Source: a virus
Taxonomy: Duplodnaviria; Caudoviricetes
Virus record (IMG/VR): IMGVR_UViG_3300021340_000006
Location: 1-43,429 of that record
Strand: one strand, 5' to 3'
Length of the DNA: 43,429 nt
In this document: in pieces, positions 10,121-17,446 of the stretch
Numbering within the stretch: position 1 is the first letter of the stretch
Layout: each line of letters opens with the position of its first letter
Translations under genes and position numbers: made by a program
The notes under the pieces: generated by a model
Seen by the model: only the letters and a program-made list of their open reading frames with translations
What the model was told of the DNA's origin: nothing
The model's database searches: none

Positions 10121-10471
10121 TTACCGCTTATCGACAGTCCGCATCGACATCGCCAGTGCAATCACCCAGCCGAGAAACGTCCACCCCAGAAAGACGTTCA
10201 CCACGATCAGCGAACCCAGATTGCGCACCTTGCGCCGGGAGCCGATGACTGTCGGAACGAAGTACAGCAGCAGGACAACCACCGCCGCAGCGACGACTCC
10301 GGGATGGTCGTTGTGACTGAATGAAAAGAGTGTCCCGAAGCCGTCATTGGTGCTGCCAATAGCAGCAAAGGACGCGATCACCAGGTATGCGCACCCGGCG
10401 ATCGCGCACCCGATCAATAACCAAAGCCATGTGGCCACCTCGCGGAGGCTACCTCGCACGGGCGACATCAT
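10121..10471 (-). CDS. superinfection immunity membrane protein (T4 Imm-like)
   Basis: LYFVPTVIGSRRKVRNLGSLIVVNVFLGWTFLGWVIALAMS motif. Start chosen at ATG 10471; the longer GTG start overlaps the att arm sites. Confidence 0.85.
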   Translation of the reverse strand: MMSPVRGSLREVATWLWLLIGCAIAGCAYLVIASFAAIGSTNDGFGTLFSFSHNDHPGVVAAAVVVLLLYFVPTVIGSRRKVRNLGSLIVVNVFLGWTFLGWVIALAMSMRTVDKR

Positions 10472-10609
10472 CAGGGGAAAGCGAGGGAAGGCCGCCGTGA
10501 CACTGTCACGGTTTTTCAACGTTTCCCCAGGTCGCACTACGAGATTTCATGCGTTCCGGTGCAAGTGAAAACCCTGTTTTACCTGCTCAAACGGTGTTTT
10601 TCCGCCCAA

Positions 10610-10630
10610 TTCAATTCCCGGCAGCTCCAC
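10610..10630 (+). other. att core matching the 3' end of mycobacterial tmRNA (ssrA)
   Basis: Matches my recollection of the ssrA 3' end (GGTTCRATTCCCGGCAGCTCCAC). The upstream T-stem arm is absent, so this is a fragment only. Confidence 0.85.
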
Positions 10631-10659
10631 AAAAACCCCCTGGTAACAGGGGGTTTTTT
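10631..10659. terminator. bidirectional intrinsic terminator after the att core
   Basis: AAAAACCCCCTG-GTAA-CAGGGGGTTTTTT. Confidence 0.9.
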
Positions 10660-10742
10660 CTTTGCTTGGAATGCTTGTCACGGTTTGTCACGGTTCTCCC
10701 GGTGTAGCCTCGCGTGAGTATGCAGCTCACACCGGGGGATCT

Positions 10743-11957
10743 ATGGCATCTATCCGCACTCGCACTCGCGCCGACGGCAGCATCGGCTACAACGTGGTCT
10801 ACATCCACGATGGCCGCCAGACCTCGGTGACGTTCGACTCCGAACACTCCGCGACCGAATTCCTGGGGAGCGTCAAACTGCTCGGCTCCGACCGGGCCAT
10901 GAAGGCGTTCGGGATCGCCCCGACGATCCGCGCGACGAAGGCCAAACCGTCGGGTGCCACCGTCGCGGACTGGGTCGCCAGCTATATCGCCTCGCGTACC
11001 GGTGTCGCCAAGTCCACCGTCTACGACTACGAGGCGGTGCTGCGCAACGACATCACGCCGCATCCGATCGGCAGCATCCCGCTGGAGCTGCTGCGCCGCG
11101 ACGATGTCGTCGCCTGGGTACAGGGGATGACGACCTCCGGCAAGACCGTGGTCAACAAACACGGGCTGTTGTCGGCCTCGCTCAACGCCGCGGTGCGGGC
11201 CGAGCTCATCCCATCCAATCCGGCGGTCGGCATCCGGCTACCGCGATCGGAGAAGGCCGAGATGGTCTTCCTGACGCGCGACGAGTTCGCGCAACTGCTG
11301 GCGGGATTCACCGAGCGCTGGCGTCCGCTGGTCGAGTTCATGGCGCTCTCCGGAGCCCGGTTCGGTGAGATCTCGGCGCTGAGACCTGCTGACGTCGACC
11401 GGGAGAATTACACGGTGCGGATCGCCCGGGCCAGGAAGCGCACTTACGAGAAGGGCGCCAACTACGAGGTCGGCCCCACCAAGACGAAACGGTCAGAGCG
11501 GGTGATCAACGTCCATCGCGGCGTCCTCGACAAGCTCGATTATGACAGTGAGTGGCTGTTCACCAATACCCGCGGCGGGCCGCTGCTGCTGCCCGGGTGG
11601 CGCACGAACGTCTGGTACAAATCAGTGGCCCGCGCCCAGGCGCTCGGGCTGAAGAAAGCCCCACGCGTGCACGACATGAGGCATACGTGTGCGTCGTGGA
11701 TGATCCAGGCGGGTGTCCCGCTGCCGGTGGTGCAGGCCCACCTCGGGCACGAGAGCATCTCCACCACGGTCAACCTGTACTCGCACCTGGATCGGCTCAG
11801 CCATGCGAGCGCGGCGGAGTTGATCGGCGCCGGTCTCTACGGACCCGGCCCAGACGCTTCACCAACACCGGGTCGGCCGCCAATGCCTGCGGTGAGTCCG
11901 CCAACTGATTCAGAAGCTGGTAGTAACGCACCGGAGTCAGCCCCAGCTCGCGGATAG
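10743..11957 (+). CDS. int: tyrosine integrase
   Basis: GARFGEISALR (R), HDMRH (HxxR), LGH...TVNLY (H, Y). RBS GGGGGA before ATG 10743. Confidence 0.95.
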   Translation: MASIRTRTRADGSIGYNVVYIHDGRQTSVTFDSEHSATEFLGSVKLLGSDRAMKAFGIAPTIRATKAKPSGATVADWVASYIASRTGVAKSTVYDYEAVLRNDITPHPIGSIPLELLRRDDVVAWVQGMTTSGKTVVNKHGLLSASLNAAVRAELIPSNPAVGIRLPRSEKAEMVFLTRDEFAQLLAGFTERWRPLVEFMALSGARFGEISALRPADVDRENYTVRIARARKRTYEKGANYEVGPTKTKRSERVINVHRGVLDKLDYDSEWLFTNTRGGPLLLPGWRTNVWYKSVARAQALGLKKAPRVHDMRHTCASWMIQAGVPLPVVQAHLGHESISTTVNLYSHLDRLSHASAAELIGAGLYGPGPDASPTPGRPPMPAVSPPTDSEAGSNAPESAPARG

Positions 11958-12030
11958 CGGCATCCTTGCCACCAGCGGTGCGCCAGAACTGCCGCTCGAT
12001 GTCGAAGACCGCGGTGGCTAGGGGATCCAT
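11797..12030 (-). CDS. DUF3263 family protein
   Basis: FDIERQFWRTAGGKDAAIRELGLTPVRYYQLLNQL...DPVLVKRL. Confidence 0.85.
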   Translation of the reverse strand: MDPLATAVFDIERQFWRTAGGKDAAIRELGLTPVRYYQLLNQLADSPQALAADPVLVKRLGRVRRDRRRSTPPRSHG

Positions 12031-12443
12031 TCATCCTCCAGTTCATGTTCCATCTGGGAGACCTCGACCGGGTCAAGTCCGTCGAGGCGGGCCTCAAGCG
12101 TCGGCACGTCGACCCACAGCATCTCGGCCAGCTCGTCGCGGTCGCGGGTCCAGCGCATGCCGTCGATGAGGGCGCTGATGGTGATCAGCCGGCGGGCCGC
12201 CAGCGCGGACACCGCACGCTCTTCCCGGGCCTGGCCCCGCGGATCATCGGGTACCGGGCCGCGCTCAAGGTGGCCCAGTTCGTGCGCCAGCGTCGACCGG
12301 CGGGCGGCCTGGTCCAGACGCCGGCACAGGTAGATCCGGTCACCGACCCGCAATCCCCACAGCGTGCCCGGTAACTCGCGATTCACCACGACGGTGATGT
12401 GCGGCCAGTGCTCGGCCAGGTGCGCCCACGGATTCCACCCCAT
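12018..12443 (-). CDS. ImmA/IrrE family metallopeptidase (antirepressor)
   Basis: RRSTLAHELGH (HExxH), EERAV, AARRLI. Lies downstream of the repressor. Confidence 0.88.
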   Translation of the reverse strand: MGWNPWAHLAEHWPHITVVVNRELPGTLWGLRVGDRIYLCRRLDQAARRSTLAHELGHLERGPVPDDPRGQAREERAVSALAARRLITISALIDGMRWTRDRDELAEMLWVDVPTLEARLDGLDPVEVSQMEHELEDEWIP

Positions 12444-12504
12444 GACCGCAGAACGTAGTAAGACCTACCGACAGAATCGGCTGTGACCAGCAATTACATC
12501 GGTG

Positions 12505-12915
12505 TTATTCAGCGAGCGGCTTAGGCCTGTCCTCGCGGCGGGCGGCCATCGGGAGGTCCCCGGCGCGGCGCCGAATCTCGGCGAGCAGATCGTCCAGGGG
12601 GACCTCGGTGATCTTGACCGCGCGCTCCTCGCTGGACTGTTCGCGGTAGTCGCGCGCGTCGAACCCCGCGAGTTTCAGCGCATCGGCGACCGGCCAGTCC
12701 ACGGCCTTGGCTGCGGCGGCAACCGTGGCCGCGGTCGTGCCGATCTCAATCTCCTGCCCGCGGATCTTCTGATACCCGGACTCGAGCTGATACCACCGAC
12801 CGTCGCTGATCGCCCCGTTGGTGCGCCGTGCTGCGGCTTTCACCGACAGCCCGGCCGCTGTGCGTCGGCGTGCCAACTCCGGGCCGAACGGCCAGTCGTC
12901 GCGCATGCGGGTCAT
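12505..12915 (-). CDS. immunity repressor (XRE HTH)
   Basis: ELARRRTAAGLSVKAAARR...ISDGRWYQLESG. GGAGGGG RBS before ATG 12915. Divergent from the Cro-like gene. Confidence 0.85.
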   Translation of the reverse strand: MTRMRDDWPFGPELARRRTAAGLSVKAAARRTNGAISDGRWYQLESGYQKIRGQEIEIGTTAATVAAAAKAVDWPVADALKLAGFDARDYREQSSEERAVKITEVPLDDLLAEIRRRAGDLPMAARREDRPKPLAE

Positions 12916-12940
12916 ATCCCCTCCATACCCACATGGTGCG

Positions 12941-13104
12941 CTGCGAACACCTGCGAACACAACCGCGAACTGTGCAGCGCATTCCTCCCCTGTCCATGTC
13001 GCAACGCTGAACCGCGCCCGGAAATTTCCCAGGTCGGCCCGCGCAACACACCGCGAACTACCGCGAATGCTTGCGTGTTCGCAATTGTTCGCGTTACAGT
13101 TCGC
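12941..13104. promoter_or_regulatory. genetic-switch operator region with GCGAAC repeats
   Basis: GCGAAC at 12943, 12953, 12965 and 13053 (GCGAAT at 13063). Inverse GTTCGC at 13077, 13087 and 13099. Confidence 0.75.
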
Positions 13105-13107
13105 GCC

Positions 13108-13335
13108 ATGAACGACAAGCCGCACGGGATCTGGCACGAACTTCGCGTGCTTCGCGAACGCACCGGCCTTTCCGCTGCCGAACTGGCCCGCCAGGCCGAC
13201 ATGTCGCGCAGCTATCTGTCCCAGCTGGAGAACGGCGACCGCTGGCCAACCCCGACCGTCACCAAGAAACTGGCCGAGGCGCTGCGCGTCCCTTACACCG
13301 TTATCGCCCGCCTGGACGCCGAGGTGGTCGCATGA
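13108..13335 (+). CDS. Cro-like XRE HTH protein
   Basis: LRVLRERTGLSAAELARQADMSRSYLSQLENGDRWP. Confidence 0.88.
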   Translation: MNDKPHGIWHELRVLRERTGLSAAELARQADMSRSYLSQLENGDRWPTPTVTKKLAEALRVPYTVIARLDAEVVA

Positions 13336-13601
13336 CCGCGCACACCCTCGCTGAAGTCGCCGAGATCGTCGGCCTAGCCAAGGTCATGAAGGAGCCCGAG
13401 CGGTTCCTGACCCGCCAGATCAAGTCCGGCCGCATCCGCGCCCGCAAGCTGGGCCGCTCCTGGCTGATGACCGACGACGACATCGCGTTCGCCCTCGAGC
13501 AGTTTGCGAACACCGTCACCCAACCCGCGGCGCCCGAGCCGACCTCGGCCGGTGCGCCGAGTATCGCCTCGATGCGCCGGCGCCGGATGGCGGTGTCGTG
13601 A
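13332..13601 (+). CDS. excisionase-like HTH DNA-binding protein
   Basis: TLAEVAE...QIKSGRIRARKLGRSWLMT winged HTH; second gene of the early operon. Confidence 0.75.
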   Translation: MTAHTLAEVAEIVGLAKVMKEPERFLTRQIKSGRIRARKLGRSWLMTDDDIAFALEQFANTVTQPAAPEPTSAGAPSIASMRRRRMAVS

Positions 13602-13741
13602 TGATCGACGGGGAATCGGTGATGGTCGACGCGGTACTCGCGGTCGCGCGCAAGCTCGCACTGGAAAACAAGGAGTTGCGCCGCCAGCTCGTCACCGCAC
13701 AGAACGAGCGCGACACCTGGCGCGCGAGGTGCGGACAGTGA
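13601..13741 (+). CDS. small coiled-coil protein
   Basis: MIDGESVMVDAVLAVARKLALENKELRRQL..., read manually, coupled on both sides. Confidence 0.6.
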   Translation: MIDGESVMVDAVLAVARKLALENKELRRQLVTAQNERDTWRARCGQ

Positions 13742-13872
13742 ACGCGGTCGCAGTCTTCGCCATGGCGATGGCCGCCGGAACCTACTGGGGCATCACCTAC
13801 TCCGAGCGGTCGCGCCAGATCGACAACCACATCAGGCGATTCCTGGCTGACATCGACGGTGACCGCCGATGA
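13738..13872 (+). CDS. small membrane protein
   Basis: GTGA overlap, hydrophobic N-terminus. Confidence 0.55.
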   Translation: MNAVAVFAMAMAAGTYWGITYSERSRQIDNHIRRFLADIDGDRR

Positions 13873-14141
13873 TTACCTTCGCCCATGAGTGGTTCACCAC
13901 CACCACACATTTGATGTCTGAGGCGGCGAAAGCTGCCGCCACGATCGCCCGTCGACTCCAGTCTCCCACGACTGTTGCAGACGACGTGCAGCCCGCCGGT
14001 GACGGAACCCCCACCGTCACCGGCGGGCACCTCACCCCGACGTCGGAACTGCTGGAAGCAGCCGCGTTCCACGTTGAGGGCACCTATCTGGCGGCCGACT
14101 TACGAGACCGCGCAGCGCAATTCCGCAGTTACGGGGATTGA
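13869..14141 (+). CDS. hypothetical protein
   Basis: 90 aa, ATGA overlap. Confidence 0.7.
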   Translation: MITFAHEWFTTTTHLMSEAAKAAATIARRLQSPTTVADDVQPAGDGTPTVTGGHLTPTSELLEAAAFHVEGTYLAADLRDRAAQFRSYGD

Positions 14142-14174
14142 AAAAGCCCGCCGCGGGTGCAATCCGCGACGGGC
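14141..14174 (-). terminator. possible minus-strand terminator hairpin
   Basis: A-tract followed by a GCCCG..CGCGG / CCGCG..CGGGC stem. Confidence 0.45.
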
Positions 14175-14201
14175 AACCCACTGAGAAAAGGAGAGAAAGC
14201 A

Positions 14202-14501
14202 GTGAGCACCAACGAGTTTAGCGGGGAGGTAGACATCATCCTCGCCGCACTACAGGAACTATCCGACGAATTCCGTGCCGACCACGACGACAGCGACTCA
14301 GCCACCTTGGCCGCGTTGAAGGCGGGCAAGGTCATCGGCGTCTCGGATGCCATGCACACCATTCGGCTGATGGTCATCGCCCGCGCCAACCACCCTGCGG
14401 TGTGGACAACAGACGACTTCGACGCCGCAGCCGAGCAGGCAATGGCGCTGGTCCGCGAGTCCAACGTCCGCGACATCCACACCGGCTCGGTGATCGCGTG
14501 A
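14202..14501 (+). CDS. hypothetical protein
   Basis: AAAGGAG RBS before GTG 14202. Confidence 0.75.
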   Translation: MSTNEFSGEVDIILAALQELSDEFRADHDDSDSATLAALKAGKVIGVSDAMHTIRLMVIARANHPAVWTTDDFDAAAEQAMALVRESNVRDIHTGSVIA

Positions 14502-14617
14502 GCAGTGAGCCGAAGACGATCCCCGAACGCCTCGACGCTGCGAAGACGGGCGAAGAGTTCATGGGCGTGCTTCAAGACCTGTTCCGCGCAGTAGAAGCTG
14601 CTAAGGACGCTGAGTGA
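14498..14617 (+). CDS. small hypothetical protein
   Basis: 39 aa, GTGA overlaps at both ends. Confidence 0.6.
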   Translation: MSSEPKTIPERLDAAKTGEEFMGVLQDLFRAVEAAKDAE

Positions 14618-15060
14618 GGCCCGGGACGATCCGCACCTGGGTCGGACTGAGCGACACCTACGTCGGCCGGCACCGCAAGCCCAGCCTGTTCAGCGTCTCC
14701 CGGGAACGCAAGGCCCGCCTCATGGACGCCCTGGCGGTCCTGCTGCTGATGCTCGTCATGGCACTGGTCGGGATGGCGGTGCTGATCATGTCGGCCAGAC
14801 CCGCGAAAGCCGACCCCGGCACCACCTACGGCCACCAGATGGGCCAGGTGATCTGCGACAACCTCGGACACTTCGGGGCCACCGACGCCGCGATCATCGG
14901 CACCGCCAACGGCATCACCGAGATGACCGGCATGACCTACGCCGACGCCGGGCAGGCCATCTACACCGCGGTGTCACTGACATGCCCCCGCTACATGCCC
15001 CAGCTGCTGGCGTTCTCCGGCCGCACCGTCCCGCACACCCCCGTGGCCGGTGTCGCATGA
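14614..15060 (+). CDS. DUF732-like membrane-anchored protein
   Basis: TM helix, PAKADP, GQVICDNL...AVSLTCP two-Cys pattern. Confidence 0.7.
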   Translation: MRPGTIRTWVGLSDTYVGRHRKPSLFSVSRERKARLMDALAVLLLMLVMALVGMAVLIMSARPAKADPGTTYGHQMGQVICDNLGHFGATDAAIIGTANGITEMTGMTYADAGQAIYTAVSLTCPRYMPQLLAFSGRTVPHTPVAGVA

Positions 15061-15434
15061 CGTTGATGTTCCCCATCTGGTCATGGGCTGCGGAAGCCCT
15101 GTGCGCTCAAGCCGACCCGGAGCTGTGGTTCCCCGACCGGGGTGAATCGAACAAGGTCGCGAAGTCGGTGTGCCGCCAGTGCCCGGTGAAAGAGCAGTGC
15201 CTCCAAGAAGCGTTGATGACCCCCGATTACGGCATCTGGGGTGGAACGTCGGAAGCCGAACGGGCACAGATGCGCCGCGAGCTGGGCATCAAACTGCCCT
15301 CCGGGCATATCCGGCACGGCACTGAGGCCGGCGCCCGCCAGCACTACCGCAAGGGCGAACGCCCGTGCTCGGAATGCATGGAGGCGCAGCTGCGGTACGG
15401 GCAGGACCGGCGCAGGAAGAGGGTGCCCGCATGA
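15057..15434 (+). CDS. whiB: WhiB family transcription factor with extra C-terminal His/Cys domain
   Basis: ALCAQADPELWFP...AKSVCRQCPVKEQCL...GIWGG. Confidence 0.92.
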   Translation: MTLMFPIWSWAAEALCAQADPELWFPDRGESNKVAKSVCRQCPVKEQCLQEALMTPDYGIWGGTSEAERAQMRRELGIKLPSGHIRHGTEAGARQHYRKGERPCSECMEAQLRYGQDRRRKRVPA

Positions 15435-15565
15435 CCTTGCCCCGCGTGTTTGAAAACCGTGAAAGAGAACCGGGTGTCACTGATCCTGCGGGTTCACCGC
15501 GACACCGCCTGACACCTATGCCCGGGATCGGGTTTGCCGCTGCGGGCCTGCAAGGAGGAATGGTG

Positions 15566-15727
15566 ATGGACGAACTGATCGCACGGCTGGAAAAGCACCG
15601 CGCCATGTCCGCGAGGGCTGAGAACGAGTTCAGCAAAGGTGTCGCGGAGGGAATCCAGTTCACCCTGGACCTGCTGCGCATCGAGCTGCATAACCAGCAC
15701 CTCAAAACGATGGGGTGGATCAAATGA
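15566..15727 (+). CDS. hypothetical protein
   Basis: AAGGAGG RBS at 15552. Confidence 0.7.
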   Translation: MDELIARLEKHRAMSARAENEFSKGVAEGIQFTLDLLRIELHNQHLKTMGWIK

Positions 15728-15879
15728 GTTGCGGCAACCGATTCGGCTACTCGGCGTCATGCCACCTCGAAGCCGGCCACCCCGGCGATCACACGAACGG
15801 GCGCGTCGACTGGGACGACGCAGCCGCGCAACGGTCCCGGGACGCCATCACCAAAGCCATGAAGGGAAGGACCGACTGA
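15724..15879 (+). CDS. small Cys/His protein
   Basis: MSCGNRFGYSASCHLEAGHPGDH..., read manually, coupled on both sides. Confidence 0.6.
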   Translation: MSCGNRFGYSASCHLEAGHPGDHTNGRVDWDDAAAQRSRDAITKAMKGRTD

Positions 15880-16427
15880 TGGGCGACATGGAACAGCTCA
15901 AGAAGCTGCGGGAGCCGTTCCCGGCCAACCAGATAGGGAAACTCCCGAAGGGTGGCGTGACCCTCGACTTCGTCGGCCACGGGTTCATCACCGCACGACT
16001 GTTGGACGTCGACCCGCTGTGGAACTGGAAACCAGCAGCCACCGACGACCAGGGCCTGCCACTGCTCGATGAGCACGGCGGCCTGTGGATCCAGTTGACC
16101 GTCTGCGGTGTCACCCGCCTGGGATACGGGGACGCCGGCGGCCGGAAGGGCCCGAACGCCATCAAGGAAGCCATCGGGGATGCCATCCGCAACGCGGGCA
16201 TGAGATTCGGTCTGGCGCTGGACCTGTGGTGCAAAGGGGATGCTGACGCGCCGCAGCCGCAGTCGGCGGGCGAGATCGCACTGCTGAAACTGCGGGCCGT
16301 CTGCGCCCGGAAGAAGGTTGACCCGAAGGTGATCGCGTCGCGGTTCGCCGACGAATACGGCATGGACATCAAAGAGGCCCAGCCGGAAACGGTGGAGGCG
16401 TTCACGAAGGTGCTCGCCGATGAGTGA
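15879..16427 (+). CDS. Rad52/Rad22-like (Sak) single-strand annealing protein
   Basis: LREPFP...LDFVGHGFITARLLDVDPLWNW...LTVCGVTRLGYG...KEAIGDAIRNAGMRFGLALDLW. Confidence 0.8.
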   Translation: MGDMEQLKKLREPFPANQIGKLPKGGVTLDFVGHGFITARLLDVDPLWNWKPAATDDQGLPLLDEHGGLWIQLTVCGVTRLGYGDAGGRKGPNAIKEAIGDAIRNAGMRFGLALDLWCKGDADAPQPQSAGEIALLKLRAVCARKKVDPKVIASRFADEYGMDIKEAQPETVEAFTKVLADE

Positions 16428-16773
16428 ATCAGACATCACCCCAACCTCGGCGATGATGGAGATGACCCGCCTGTCGAGGCAGCTGCGGGACGAGGGCTCA
16501 AAGATCCGCGGGCTGGTTCTGGACGCGGTGCGGGCACGCCACGCCTACACCATCGGATACGCCAAAGCGTTGGTGGCAGCGGACGGTTCGAACGCCGAGA
16601 TCCGCAAAGCCCAAGCCACCCTGGAGACCGACGGGCTTCTCCTGGCAGCGGTGCTGGCCGAAGCCGAGCTGGACATCGTCAAGTCCGATATCCGCGACAT
16701 CCTGGCACGCAGGCTGGACGTTGGGCGTTCGGTGTTCAGTTTCGTCAAGTCCGAGTGGGCGGTGACCCAGTGA
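16420..16773 (+). CDS. hypothetical helical protein
   Basis: 117 aa, overlaps the SSAP stop. Confidence 0.7.
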   Translation: MSESDITPTSAMMEMTRLSRQLRDEGSKIRGLVLDAVRARHAYTIGYAKALVAADGSNAEIRKAQATLETDGLLLAAVLAEAELDIVKSDIRDILARRLDVGRSVFSFVKSEWAVTQ

Positions 16774-17096
16774 CCGGATTCTCTCCCGCTATCCGAGCCC
16801 TGGTGCTGGCCCGCGCCCAGGGCTGCTGCGAAGTCTGCGGCTGCGACATGGCCGGGCTTCAGGTTCATCACCGCCGGCCGCGGGGGATGGGTGGCAGTTT
16901 GCGCCCGGACACTAACCGGACGTCGAACGCTTTGGTGGTGTGCACGTCATGCCATGCGGCGATCGAGTCGCACCGGGAGTACGCCCGCCAGCGCGGCTAT
17001 CTCGTTCGCCAGTTCGGCCGTCCACCGTTGGAAACCCCTGTTCTGTTGCATGGCGCTGAGTGGTGCTTGCTCGACGACGATGGGGGAGTGGTGTGA
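16770..17096 (+). CDS. HNH endonuclease
   Basis: CEVC...HHRRPRGMGG...NALVVCTSCH. Confidence 0.85.
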   Translation: MTGFSPAIRALVLARAQGCCEVCGCDMAGLQVHHRRPRGMGGSLRPDTNRTSNALVVCTSCHAAIESHREYARQRGYLVRQFGRPPLETPVLLHGAEWCLLDDDGGVV

Positions 17097-17446
17097 TGAC
17101 CGAACAGTTGACACTTTTCGGTTCTTCCGACTTCGTCGTCGCACCGACAAAACCTGGGGTGTACCAGTACGCCGCGATCCTGTTCACCTCGCTCGGTGGA
17201 ACAACCAAGGGCAAGCAAACCCATTGGCCGCTATCGGCGTCCATTCAGTCGTGCACGTGCGACTGCGAGGACTGCGAGTTCCTCGACCACTGCTCCGAGC
17301 AGCCGTGCGAGTTTTCCGACGTCCTGCCCGACAACGCGGTTCCCCTGCTCGATGTGTTGAAGGACAAGCAGCGGATGTCCGGTATTGAACCGGATGCGCG
17401 GTTCGCATGGCGTCGGATAATCGTCGGCCCGTGGGAGGAAGTGTGA
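17096..17446 (+). CDS. Cys-rich hypothetical protein
   Basis: CTCDCEDCEFLDHC cluster, TGATG overlap. Confidence 0.65.
   Translation: MTEQLTLFGSSDFVVAPTKPGVYQYAAILFTSLGGTTKGKQTHWPLSASIQSCTCDCEDCEFLDHCSEQPCEFSDVLPDNAVPLLDVLKDKQRMSGIEPDARFAWRRIIVGPWEEV

Larger units (their letters stand above)
10495..10695. mobile_element. attP site: core plus integrase arm-type repeats
   Basis: Core TTCAATTCCCGGCAGCTCCAC at 10610-10630. TGTCACGG(TT) repeats at 10504, 10676 and 10686, and inverted at 10495. Adjacent to the integrase. Confidence 0.88.

Noticed and set aside
10595-10635. Complete tRNA or tmRNA gene
   Set aside because: Only the T-loop and 3' acceptor strand are present. The upstream sequence cannot form the rest, so this is the att core.
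10610-12915. Integration-dependent immunity (attP inside the repressor gene)
   Set aside because: attP lies upstream of int, about 1.9 kb from the repressor gene.
12502-13137. Long N-terminal extensions of Cro (277 aa) and repressor (210 aa)
   Set aside because: They would overlap each other and the operator region. The domains begin at ATG 13108 and ATG 12915.
15455-15550. Structured ncRNA after whiB
   Set aside because: Only short GGTGTC/GACACC pairings in GC-rich DNA, and the stretch is also an open frame. Support is insufficient.
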